This document shows positions 11,402-21,975 of a DNA stretch of 64,000 bases, piece after piece. How positions within the stretch are numbered: position 1 is the first letter of the stretch; every line of letters starts with the position of its first letter. The stretch lies in NCBI RefSeq assembly GCF_006345805.1, contig NC_043003.1:7564001-7628000 (forward strand), in the 5' to 3' direction. The notes under the pieces are model-generated. The model did not search any database. It saw only the letters and a program-made list of their open reading frames with translations, and had not been told where the DNA came from. The translations under genes and the position numbers were made by a program. Origin of the DNA: Octopus sinensis. Its lineage: Eukaryota.

Positions 11402-11851
11402 GATATTCACAACAGTACTTTGGAGTAAAGATTATTTGCCCACATAACATGGCAGTCCTGGTTTAGGAATAAAGCTGCAGTAATTTAGCCCAAGGAGACA
11501 TCGTCTCCAGCTGGCGATACAACATGATATGTGTCCTTATATTTTCGAACAAGGGAATCTAGCATCCCCACTCAGCTCAAAACAATATCTGTGTATCGTG
11601 ATTTCCCTTCATTATTCTGTGCTGATGAAGGGAAATAACCTGGAAATCATGATACACGGATATTATTTTGAGCTGAGTTGGGGTGCTAGATTCTCTTGTT
11701 CGAAAATATAAGGACACAGATTGTGATGTATAGCCAGCTGGAGACAATGTCTCCTGGGGTTAAATTACAGCAACATTCGCCCTAAACCAGGACTGCCATG
11801 TTATGTTGGCAAAACAATCTTTACTACAAATCAATATTGTCAGTGAATGTC
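11402..11851. repeat. ~450-bp imperfect palindrome (two ~200-bp inverted arms) with a hammerhead-like motif at its centre; probable Penelope-like pLTR derivative
   Basis: Arms match on reverse complement, e.g. GGCAGTCCTGGTTTAGG vs CCTAAACCAGGACTGCC and GTGTCCTTATATTTTCGAACAAG vs CTTGTTCGAAAATATAAGGACAC. Confidence 0.85.
11616..11660 (+). ncRNA. Minimal type-I hammerhead ribozyme-like motif
   Basis: Stem I TCTGTG/CACGGA, core CTGATGA, short imperfect stem II, GAAA, palindromic stem III ATCATGAT, cleavage triplet ATA. Confidence 0.55.
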
Positions 11852-12462
11852 ATAAGCATGTCAGGAGCAATACCTCCCCCCATTTAATTACTGGGATGCC
11901 ACTAACCTCCTTTAAACATTCAAGAGGTGTGCAAGTGGGATATATTTCACGTAGTGCTAGAATGAGGACAGATGTGTAGCTGGAAATCTGCATATTTCTA
12001 GTGTTCAAATGCTGTTAATTAGGTAATTACTAGGAAAAACGTCTACCCCAAAACATGTTCATTTAAGCTCTTTGCTCTATGGAACATAAGCCCTTGAGTT
12101 TTCTCCACTGATACCTTAAGGAAGCCTTCCCTCTTTCAGGCTTGGTTGGTTTTTCTTAATGCTTCTGTAACTTAGCTTCTTCTAGGTAGGGTATATTGGC
12201 TCTACACAAACCCATTTTCACCTCTGAGAAGGGGTTGTCCATATTAGCCTGGCCTCTCTCCTTTGACTTCTCCCGCATGGAAGGTCCTTCTAGGAGCTTG
12301 CACTCACCTGGCCATAGAGACACACAAGTCACCATAACAAGGGGCTGCACCTTGTGATACTGCTAAAGTTACAAAGGGGCATGAGGAAAAACTGGGTTTT
12401 TGCCCAACCAATAAAAAAAGGGAATCTACATGAGGGGTAAAGATTATTTAAATAAAGGATAC

Positions 12463-12596
12463 GGTTTAAGTTGTTCAGCAAAATTCTTCATATCGTCTTG
12501 GAGTAATTCCTGTCCAGCTGGAGCCACAACTGATAATTCCACAAGGTAGGAGAGTGAAAGAGGTTCAATACTTTCCACATTGTTTGGTTGCAGCAT
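12463..12596 (-). CDS. MED18: MED18 exon 5: MLQPNNVESIEPLSLSYLVELSVVAPAGQELLQDDMKNFAEQLKP
   Basis: CATTACAG acceptor, GTATCC donor; near identity to MED18 LSLSYLVELSVVAPAGQD...DMKNFAEQLKP. Confidence 0.95.
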
Positions 12597-12721
12597 CTGT
12601 AATGGAGACAATATAAACTGTTAATCCCTCTCTCTAGATATACACACACACAAACAGGTCTTAAATACCTGCTCCAACAACCCAAATCAAAATTGGACAT
12701 AGTTGCGAAGTGAAGAAACTA

Positions 12722-13969
12722 CTGGGTTGTCTGGAAAAATTGTGCCGATTTATAGTAGCTTACCTTTCGACTTATTTTAGAACATGGTTGAGTCCATAAA
12801 ATAGGATTTGACTACACCTCCATTTAGAGCACAGTTTAAGCAATCTTTCAGTGGAAGAAGGTTTATGTTCCTATAACCTGGAAGATAAGAAAGTTCATTT
12901 TTGGCACTTGATGCTTTTCTTTTTCCGTAAAGGGAAAACTGCCTCACAAGCAACCAAAGAAATCCGCACAGTTTACGGTGATGTTTCTTTATTCGAAAGA
13001 ACTGAACGGAAGTGGTTCACAAGGTTCCGAGCTGGAGATTGTAGCCTTATTGATAAAGAGCAACCAGGCAAACCATCCACTACAGATGATGACCAAATCA
13101 AGTCATTAATTGAGAATAACCCACATTGTGCAACCGGAGAATTGGCAGAAAACTTCAACCTACCAAAATCCATCGTTCGTGAGCACCTGGTAAGGCTTGG
13201 GTACACAAATCACTACGATGTTTGGGTGCCACATGAGTTGAGTGAGAAGAACCTTTTGGATCGCATTTCCATCTGTGATTCGCTTTATAAACAGAATGAA
13301 AACGTGCCTTTTTTAAAGCAAATTGTGACAGGTGATGAGAAATGGATTATCTACTGAAATGTTCAGAGAAAGCGATCTTGGAGTAAGCGACATGAGCCAC
13401 CCCAAAAGCGGGTCTTCACCCTAAAAAAGTCTTGCTTTGTGTCTGGTGGGATTGGAAAGGAATTCTGTACTATGAGCTTCTCTCAAGTAAACAGACAATT
13501 AATTCTGAGAAATACTGCACACAACTGGAAGAGTTAAAAGCAGCAATTCAAGAAAAACGTCCAGAATTGTCCAACAGGAAGGGTGTTGTTTCCAACATGA
13601 TAATGCAAGACCACACCTTTCTTTGGGAACCAGACAAAAATTGCTGCAGCTCGGGCTGGAATGTGTTACCCCACCCTCCATATTCACCAGATATTGCTCC
13701 TTAGGATTTCCACTTATTCAGGTCTTTGCAGAATAGTCTTAATGGTAAAAATTTCAATTCCTTGGATGACGTAAAAAGATGCCTTGATGAATTCTTTGTC
13801 ATAAAACCACCTCAATTCTGAGAAGAGGGTATTTTCAAGGTAAAGGAAAGATGGAGACACATTGTGCAACAAAATGGTTCATATTTGGTTGTTTAAAAAT
13901 GTAATGGCAAGTATTTATTGACCTTTTTCTTTCCTTTAAAAATCGGCACGAACTTTCCGGACAACCCAA
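12722..13969 (+). mobile_element. Full-length mariner transposon (mellifera-subfamily-like), inactivated, in MED18 intron 4
   Basis: TA flanks at 12720-21 and 13970-71; ~30-bp TIRs (C/T)TGGGTTGTC(T/C)GGAAA...GTGCCGATTT; transposase motifs WVPHEL, TGDEKW, HPPYSPDIAP; in-frame stops and frameshifts. Confidence 0.95.
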
Positions 13970-14529
13970 TACTTTTGATAAATAACAGCTAAGGGGAAAT
14001 AACTCACGAGCCAATGAGGATAATTTGGCGATGTCCTGGTCCAGCCTCATAATTGTTACCCACCTCCCACTCATCTCCCAGCTTCTGTATCTATGGATCT
14101 TGTTGAACTGTCCAACCTAGAGAGCGCACGTTAAAGTATGACGCTACACACACACACACACATTAGGAGATACCTTAGAAAAAATTACAGAGGTATCAAA
14201 TTAATGGGTGAGGTTATGAAAGCCACTGAAAGAGTCATAGCCCAGTTAAGGAGTTAGAGGAGATGCAGTTTAGTTCCTTGCCAGGGAGAAGCACTACTCA
14301 CGCTCCCTATAATTCACCAACTACAGAAGTATTTAGGAAAAAGTAAACCACTGTACAATGACCTGGAGAGAGCCTTTGACACAACACCCTGATCCCTCAT
14401 CTGGTGATTGCAGTCAAAGCTAAGAGAAGATGAACGGCTAGTGAGAGCTAAGTGATGTACAAGGATGCTGTTTGCAGCAACGATGGTGATTGAAATGGAT
14501 GGGCAATGTATTTCTTTAGAATGATACAC

Positions 14530-14690
14530 ACTTTTTTCTTTCCTTGTTTTTTCTGTGTCCCCTTTCTGTAGAAGAGCGTAGGCTCGAAACGTAAAAGACT
14601 TTTTCTATTCTTGAGCGTTATACTAATACATCTGTTTGTTTTGTACACCACCTGTCTTCGTCTTTTGTTTTTTACGTAAACTCTCCCTAT
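14530..14690 (+). mobile_element. Short non-autonomous element with a hammerhead-like motif (14562-14597)
   Basis: CTTT-CTGTAGA-A-GAGC GTAG GCTC-GAAAC-GTA-AAAG; related reversed copy at ~60205-60350. Confidence 0.55.
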
Positions 14691-15546
14691 TTCTTTAGAA
14701 ATATGGACACAAAAAGGATGAAATGAATCATCAGCATTGTTTTAATAGTTAATATTTCATTCTTGCAAGGGTCAGACAGAATCTGATGAGGCAGAGCTTT
14801 TCTACGGCTGGATGCTCTTCCTGTTGCCAATCCTCACTTGTTTCCAAACAAGGTAATATCTCCCTTTAGCCAGGTATTTTTTTTCATAGAAGACTGGAAA
14901 CAAACATCCTTGCTTGTATGACAGTGATGCTATTTTTACAACCATCACATGAGGTCAAAACAAGGGTACACACACATAGGCTTTGGTTGGCTCAGGGATA
15001 TTATAGAAGGTATTTACTGCACAGTGAGACTGAACTTAAAGCCACATGGTTGGGAAGCAAGCTTCTCAACCACACAGTCACGCTTATGCCTATTTATTTT
15101 TATTTAAACTTAAAAAAAAAATTTAAGATAGGTGTAGGAGTGGCTGTGTGGTAATACTTACGAACCACATGGTTACGGGTTCAGTCTCACTGTGTGGCAC
15201 CTTGGGCAAGTGTCTTCTACTATAGCCTTGGGCCAACCAAAGCCTTTTGAGTGGACTTGGTAGACGGAAACTGAAAGAAGCCCGTCATATATATATATAT
15301 ATATATATATAAATATATATGTATGTGTGTCTGTCCTCCCAACATTGCTTGACAACCGATGCTGGTGTGTTTATGGTGTGTAGCGGTTTGGCAAAAGGGA
15401 CTGATAGAATAAGTACTAGGCTTACAAAGAATAAGTCCTGGGGTTGATTATCTCGACTAAAGGTGGTGCTCCAGCATGGCCACAGTCAAATGACTGAAAC
15501 AAGTAAAAGAAGAAAAAAAGAGAGAGAGAAAGGCAATGCAACTTAC

Positions 15547-15625
15547 TCTGAAAATTTTGGAAACAGTGACTTTCATTCTTCCTTTGTGGAAGAAATATCC
15601 TTTTATGACATATTCATAATCCAAC
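15547..15625 (-). CDS. MED18: MED18 exon 4: LDYEYVIKGYFFHKGRMKVTVSKIFR
   Basis: TTTCTTTCAG acceptor, GTAAGT donor; 79 nt, phase 2 to phase 0. Confidence 0.93.
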
Positions 15626-15751
15626 CTGAAAGAAAAGATTAAAGATAAAAAAACCAGGCATTTTGTATTCAGAATGTTTGATACGATTAAGGGAAGTTGA
15701 AGTCAAAAGAGAAAAGTGAGAAAACATGAGGGAACTTGTAAAAAAATTTAC

Positions 15752-15874
15752 CTGAAACCCATTTCGTTAAGGAAAGCGACAACATTATCCGAGGTCCCGA
15801 CATCAACATAGGTCCTCACCAGTGTGTGACGGGTTTTGTCCCCGACTTCAGCCTGGCCAATGTAGCGTAAATGC
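15752..15874 (-). CDS. MED18: MED18 exon 3: HLRYIGQAEVGDKTRHTLVRTYVDVGTSDNVVAFLNEMGFR
   Basis: TTTCCAG acceptor, GTAAAT donor; 123 nt; matches WHLRYLGQPE.GDK.R...VR..VD...FL.EMGFR. Confidence 0.95.
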
Positions 15875-16107
15875 CTGGAAATATGTAAACAAAAAAAAAT
15901 CATTTAAGGGAACACAATTTTGTAGTCCAGGGGTAAGTGAGGTGAAAATGGTAAATGGGTCAGTGGTAGGGCAAAAATTGAAATTACATTTACTAAAAAA
16001 GCCAAAATATGGAAATGGAATACTGATTTTAGAATGAGTTTGTTTTTATTTACTTGTGTTATAATTTCTGTTCCATATTTAAGAGATGAGGAATTAGGTA
16101 CATTATG

Positions 16108-16668
16108 TACATTATTTACATTTGACAGATATTTGTCCTCATCTTGTTTGTTGTTAACACAACGTTTTGGCTGATATACCCTACAGCCTTCATCAGGTGT
16201 CTTGGGGGAAATTTCGAACCTGGGAGACCACCTGCCCCTGTGGGATGAAGCTAAAATAATAGACAGAGGACACTACTGGAAAATACGAAAGAAGCAGCAC
16301 ATATGCTAGAACACAACAACAGCCTAAGCAGACCAAGTGCAGAGATGAGTAGCATATGGGAACTGGTATTAAGGAAGAATGGGAAAATATTAGATTTATA
16401 ACCCTAAAATTCACTCCATAATTGCCCACAGTCATATGGTGTAGTGGTTAAAAGCATGGGCTACTAACCCCAAGATTTCGAGTTCGATTCCAAGCAGTGA
16501 CCTAAATAATAATAATAATAATAACATTGAAAAATACCTTAGGGATGAGAACCCAGGTTTGAAATTTCCCCCAAGACACCTGATGAAGGCTGGAGAGTAT
16601 ATCAGCCGAAACACTGTGTTAACAACAAACAAGATGGGGACAAATATCCGTTAAATGTAAATAATGCA
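16108..16668. mobile_element. Inverted-repeat element (arms ~16108-16223 and ~16551-16668), each arm with a hammerhead-like motif, enclosing a tRNA-like head
   Basis: Arms are reverse complements; right arm GACAC-CTGATGA-A-GGCTG..CAGCC-GAAAC-ACT-GTGTT. Confidence 0.8.
16431..16502 (+). ncRNA. tRNA-like Pol III head (SINE-type, not a functional tRNA)
   Basis: A-box-like TGGTGTAGTGG, B-box-like GAGTTCGATTCC, 72 nt, partly paired acceptor GTCAT/GTGAC, loop CTACTAA; followed by a (TAA)n run. Confidence 0.65.
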
Positions 16669-17617
16669 AATATTTTCTAATTTGTTCATCACCACCATTA
16701 TTTTCCTAGCATGACCTCAACAATTATGAAGAATAACATTTCTATATAGGTTTCTATGCCATTTCCTTATATGACCACTAAATTTAAATTTTAATTAAAA
16801 GTCATGCAAACAAAGAAGCCTCTAAATGGTTGCATGAACTACAAGAAATAGCAGCCAAACCTCCATCAAATCATACCCTATCATCTTAAAAAAAGAATGA
16901 ATAGTAGCTCAAAATACCCCCCAAAAACAAAAACTGGTGAGGGTGGTTACAGCCAGAATGGTTTTACTCATAGATATGATTAGAGCTGTCTAGAGGTGGG
17001 TGGATATTAACTACAATATTAAAAGAAAAGTACCACCCTTCATAATTTTGTTTATAATTGACCAACCATCAGTATCTGTATGACTGACCCACATCATCTG
17101 CTCAGCATCCTGTCTCCTTTTGTATCATCATCATCATTTTATGTCTACTCTTCCATGCTTGCATAGGTCAGATGGAATTTACTGAGGCAGACACATTACA
17201 GCTGGATGCCCTTCATGTTTCCACCCATGGAAAATTGGAAACAAACAACATCGCTTGTATAACTGACACTCATTTACAACCCTCACATGATATAAAGACA
17301 AGGGTCTATACCACACAAACACTCACACATAACACATACAGCAGGCTTCTTTCAGTTTCTATCTACCAGACCATCTCAAGGCTTTGGTTGGCCTGGGGCC
17401 AGAGTAGAAGACATGTGCCCAAGGTGCTGCACAGTGGGACTGAATCCAAGACCACAAGTCGGGGAGCTGCTTCTTTGCCACACCACCATGGTTGGTATAT
17501 CATATTTAAGCCTACTATTTCTGGTATGTTCCTTCCATTTTGAGAATGGTAGAGTAAGTTTTGAAGGAGATTTAGCTGTCAATTCTAGCAAGTTGAGTGA
17601 CCTAGGAGTGAACTTAC

Positions 17618-17693
17618 CATGGTGCATTTGCAGACGTCAGACTATGACGTACTCTGTAGAAAACTGCCTGGCTATTCTGGTTGCTGGTTCCTC
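17618..17693 (-). CDS. MED18: MED18 exon 2: RGTSNQNSQAVFYRVRHSLTSANAPW
   Basis: TTCTTCATCAG acceptor, GTAAGT donor; 76 nt, phase 1 to phase 2; ends in the conserved APW. Confidence 0.9.
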
Positions 17694-17789
17694 CTGATGA
17701 AGAAAAAACACAAAATATAATCATCCTAATATCTTCATGCCTCTTTGTCTAACTAACAAGAAAGACTGGTCCTTAATTATTTAATATAA

Positions 17790-18040
17790 ATAAATGCACC
17801 CTTTTAAAGCCTAGCCAGGCTCATGGGACCGGTTTCCCGGTTTCTATGACGTATGTGTTCCCCAACTGGACAGGACGCCAGTCCATCGCAGCGTTACTCA
17901 TTTTTGCCAGCTGAGTGGACTGGAGCAACGTGAAATGAAGTGTTTTACTCAAGAACACAACGCGTCACCCAGTCCAGGAATCGAAACCACAATCTTACGA
18001 TCATGATGCTGACACCCTAACCACTAAGCCACGTGCCTCC
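17790..18040 (-). mobile_element. tRNA-derived SINE, family C (CORE-like segment AAGTGTTTTGCTCAAGAACACAAC)
   Basis: Related copies at ~3700-3910, 24020-24090, 36040-36250, 62095-62220. Confidence 0.6.
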
Positions 18041-18704
18041 ACTTAACTATTTAAGGCTAGGTATAATTTCCCCATTTATCTTAGAGTAAACAGAGTCTTG
18101 CAGATAAACTGAGACCAATTTTAAGCAGTTGATTTAGTGAATTCAACATTTCATTTTTTGACAAAACCTTGCTTGAAAATCTAATCCTTCTCTTTTACTC
18201 TTTTACTTGTTTCAGTCATTTGACTGTGGCCATGCTGAAGCACCGCCTTCAGTCTAGCAAATCGACCCCAGGACTTATTCTTTGTAAGCCTACTACTTAT
18301 TCTATCAGACTCTTTTGTCAAACCGCTAAATTACAGGGATGTAAACACACCAGCATCAGTTGTCAAGCGATGTTGGGGGGGGGGATAAACAAAGACACAC
18401 AAACATATATATATATATTTATACGACGGGCTTCTTTCAGTTTCCGTCTACCAAATCCACTCACAAGGCTTTAGTCGGCTCGAGACTATAGTAGAAGACA
18501 CTTGCCCAAGGTGCCATGCAGTGGGACTGAACCCAGAACCATGTGGTTGGTAAGCAAGCTACTTACCACACACCCACTCCTGCGCCTGTCTACTAACATT
18601 ATTTTAGTATTTATCACCAGTTTTATGCATCATAAAAACTGTCTCAATTTATCTGCAAGGAGAGATTTGAAAGAAATTTGGTTGCTATTTTTAGGAGGTC
18701 TAGT

Positions 18705-18895
18705 GACTGAAATCGCCTCTGGTCTATAGCATAAAATTTCTTGTTTTCATAAGTTTTGAATTAAAATCCACCAAACCTTAGTCACAGTTTATGTTCCTAA
18801 CACTAACTGAATGATAACTAAGTTATTTTCCTAGTTATATTTAAAATTAATTGAAAGAAACAGAACATCTCAAAATATACACAGTAACGAAAGGG
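18705..18895. mobile_element. piggyBac-like MITE, 5'-degraded copy
   Basis: Same body; ends GTAACGAAAGGG. Confidence 0.75.
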
Positions 18896-19519
18896 TAAGA
18901 GAAAAAAAGTTCAATGGAAAAGGGGACGTAACTCCAGATAATATTAAAATTTATCAACGAAATTTTATCACCCGAAACACAACCGTCCGTGTAACATTCA
19001 TTCGTTTCTTATTTGTACAAATTTAATTATTTTACTTCAAACACTTTTAGCGAATTTTATAACAAGGATGGTTATTAAAGAAAAAAAACGATCACCCAAC
19101 GAATATTTTTCTTAGTAAATTACGACTACTTTCTGAAAAACTAACTTCTTTGTTTACTCTGAATATCCCTCCTTTTGTATTTATATCGGCGAAAGTAACA
19201 ATTTTTTGTCTTTTATTTTAGTATAAATATTTTCTTAGCCAGAATTTTTATAGAATCAAAACAACAACCCTTAAGTTACCATATTTCCGGCAAAAATACA
19301 CTGCATTTGATCAAATTGCTTTCGAAAATAAAAAATAATTTGGAAAACACTAACACTATACACACACATATATATCTTCAACGTTGTGCAATTCATTTGT
19401 ATATAATTTGTAAGAGAAGTAAATCATTCATAAACTGTAAATGGCTATTTGTCATAATGTTGTTGTAACCGAATCTATTAGCAGTTTCAAATGATTTACG
19501 CCGTTGATTACTAATATTT

Positions 19520-19745
19520 ACTAATACTTATTTCTTTACTACCCACAAGGGGCTAAACAAGGACAGACAAACGGATTAAGTCGATTATATCGACCCCAGT
19601 GCGTAACTGGTACTTTATTTATCGACCCCGAAAGGATGAAAGGCAAAGTCGACCTCGACGGAATTTGAACTCAGAACGTAGCGGCAGACGAAATACGGCT
19701 AAGCATTTCGCCCGGCGTGCTAACGTTTCTGCCAGCTCGCCGCCC
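19520..19745 (-). mobile_element. tRNA-derived SINE, family B (GGCGGCGAGCTGGCAGAAACGTTAG...CCTTTCATCCTTTCGGGGTCGATAAA...)
   Basis: Other copies at ~4970-5330, 19870-20060, 25385-25612, 32740-32935, 33220-33455, 34560-34740, 35275-35480, 35790-35960, 44520-44990. Confidence 0.85.
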
Positions 19746-20203
19746 TTACTAATATTGGAAACGTTCATCCTTTCGGGGTCGATATAATTGACTTACCCAA
19801 TTCGGCCCCCCCCCACCGAAGTTGCTGGCGTTGTGCTAAAATTTGAAACCAATATTAGGAACATGAAAGGAGGCGAGGAGCTGGCAGAGTCGGTAGCACG
19901 CCAGGGAAAATGCTTAGCGGCATTTTGTCTGTCTTTACGTTCTGAGTTCAAATTCCACCGATGTCAACTTTGCTTTGAACATTGGGGGTCGATGTAACCG
20001 ACTTACCCTCCCTCCCGAAATTGCTGGCCTTGTGTCAAAATTTGAAACCTATATAGGGAATAAGAGAAAAACAAAACAAAAGACAATTCTACTGTGGAAG
20101 GCAAAATCAAAGAGGCCTCTACGTTGCGGCGTTCGATCTGCTAGAAATAGCAGGCGAATTTTTCCCCAAATCACAGCCTAACATCGTAAAAGGACGTATT
20201 TAG

Positions 20204-20433
20204 TAAGAAGAGTGGTCCCGGTGCGCGCACTCGCGCTAGCTAGTCGTGACTAGTCGATCTTTACTTGGTGTTTTTGTGTTTTATTTACTTTGTTTTAAAA
20301 AAATTATTCATTTTGTGTAAAAAATGATTTATTTTGTGTTTTATTTACTTTGCTAGGAAGTCGTTGTAGGGTCGACTAGTCACGACTAGCCAGCGTAGGT
20401 ACGCGAGTGCGCGCACCGGGACCACTCTTCTTA
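20204..20433. mobile_element. CpG-rich MITE with perfect 32-bp TIRs plus a 19-bp inner inverted block
   Basis: TAAGAAGAGTGGTCCCGGTGCGCGCACTCGCG at 20204-20235 and its exact reverse complement at 20402-20433. Confidence 0.85.
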
Positions 20434-20468
20434 AATAATACAGCCCAAAGCAAACAGATAAAATAAAG

Positions 20469-20863
20469 GGCGATCTTTCGTCTCTAGTAGACCTTTCCGT
20501 CGATTTCTGTAAAATTTTTTTTTTTTTTACATATGGGCTTGTGGGAACTTTTGAAGTAATATACATACATATACACATACACCGAGTAAAAAATTTCAGT
20601 TATCTCTTTCTTTCACACATTACTCTGTCTCTTCACACACACTAACAGAAGCACTTCACTTACACAACATACTGTCTGTCTCCCACACTCCATCAAACAC
20701 ACACACACAGACACACATGTACATCAATGAGTCCCATGCACGGTAACTTCAAAAGAACTTCCCTCGTCATACAATCGCTTTCTCTTAGTCTCTTTCGCTC
20801 TCGTTACTTCAAAAGTTTTATACGGAAATCGACGGAAAGGTCTACTAGAGACGAAAGATTGCC
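20469..20863. mobile_element. MITE with 43-bp TIRs and 8-bp TSD (Merlin-like termini)
   Basis: TSD AAATAAAG at 20461-68 and 20864-71; TIR GGC(G/A)ATCTTTCGTCTCTAGTAGACCTTTCCGTCGATTTC with 2 mismatches in 43 bp. Confidence 0.85.
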
Positions 20864-21003
20864 AAATAAAGGACATTCATGATTAATTTCGGGGCTAAAC
20901 AGCAACAACAACAAAAACAACAAACATGGGATCTCAAAGAATTTAACCAAAATGGAATTCATTAAAAAAAAAAACAAGCGTATTGAAAGAAATAGGGCCT
21001 CAC

Positions 21004-21181
21004 TTATAGCGAACACAAGTTCATGATCATGGAATGTCTCGTAGTTGTTCTCAGCATTATCGCAAAGGCCCCGAAGTCGGTTGAGAAGAACTTCGCAAGA
21101 ACTGTCGACGACGCTTCCTTGCAACAAATATTCGTGGAACGGAGTCGCTTGGTGGCGATGCGTGGACACCGAACCTTCCAT
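21004..21181 (-). CDS. MED18: MED18 (Mediator subunit 18) exon 1: MEGSVSTHRHQATPFHEYLLQGSVVDSSCEVLLNRLRGLCDN...ETFHDHELVFAI
   Basis: EYLLQGSV..RLRGLCDN..ETF.DHE signature; GTGAGG donor at 21003. The six exons sum to 639 nt = 212 aa + stop with no frameshift. Confidence 0.95.
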
Positions 21182-21517
21182 TGCTGTGGTTCTTTGGTCT
21201 ATTAGCGAGTTCCGATTATCGTATCATTAAAACAAACATTTCTATAATTGCTAAAGTAACAAATTAAATTAAAACCTTTGATGTAATTTTCTGTTTGTTA
21301 ATCAAACAACAAAGAAATCGTCGACCGCCAAAGGATTCAAAACTTAATGGCGTACATTACACGGTGTTCACTCAAAAAACGTTCCCAGTGATTTTTAAGC
21401 TCTTTAGTATAGAAAGTTGGTGGGAATCGTCAGCGCAGGAGATGAATAATGCCTGACTGCTATTTATTAATAGTCAGACTGACAGATAGACAGCTAAATA
21501 GATAAATTTATGTAATC

Positions 21518-21518
21518 A

Positions 21519-21597
<79 letters not shown>

Positions 21598-21628
21598 GTC
21601 TGTCTGTCTATGTGTCTATCTATCTGAC

Positions 21629-21659
<31 letters not shown>

Positions 21660-21728
21660 TTGTCTGTCTGTCTGCCTGTCTGTTTGTCTGTCTGTCTGCT
21701 TGTCTGTCTGCTTGTCTGTCTGTCTGCA

Positions 21729-21793
<65 letters not shown>

Positions 21794-21887
21794 CTTGATC
21801 GAAAACCAACCCCCCTTTTTTTTCATCCCCCAAAAGAAAAGCTCTACCTTGTAACTTGTCCCATCTGTGTGCAGCCCTGTGTGGCCA

Positions 21888-21975
<88 letters not shown>
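21518..21975. repeat. (TCTA)n/(TCTG)n microsatellite interrupted by a ~95-bp LINE 3' tail at ~21795-21887
   Basis: The insert matches 28965-29048 (TGATCGAAAACCAA...GAAAAGCTCTACCTTGTAA...GTGTGCAGCCCTGTGTGGC). Confidence 0.85.

Noticed and set aside
16431-16502. Possible tRNA-Ser(ACT) gene
   Set aside because: Mismatches in the acceptor, D and T stems, no long variable arm, and embedded in a repeat; treated as a SINE-type head.
20804-21003. C-terminal part of the 125-aa ORF containing MED18 exon 1
   Set aside because: MED18 similarity stops at the GTGAGG donor at 21003; the rest is intron and MITE read-through.
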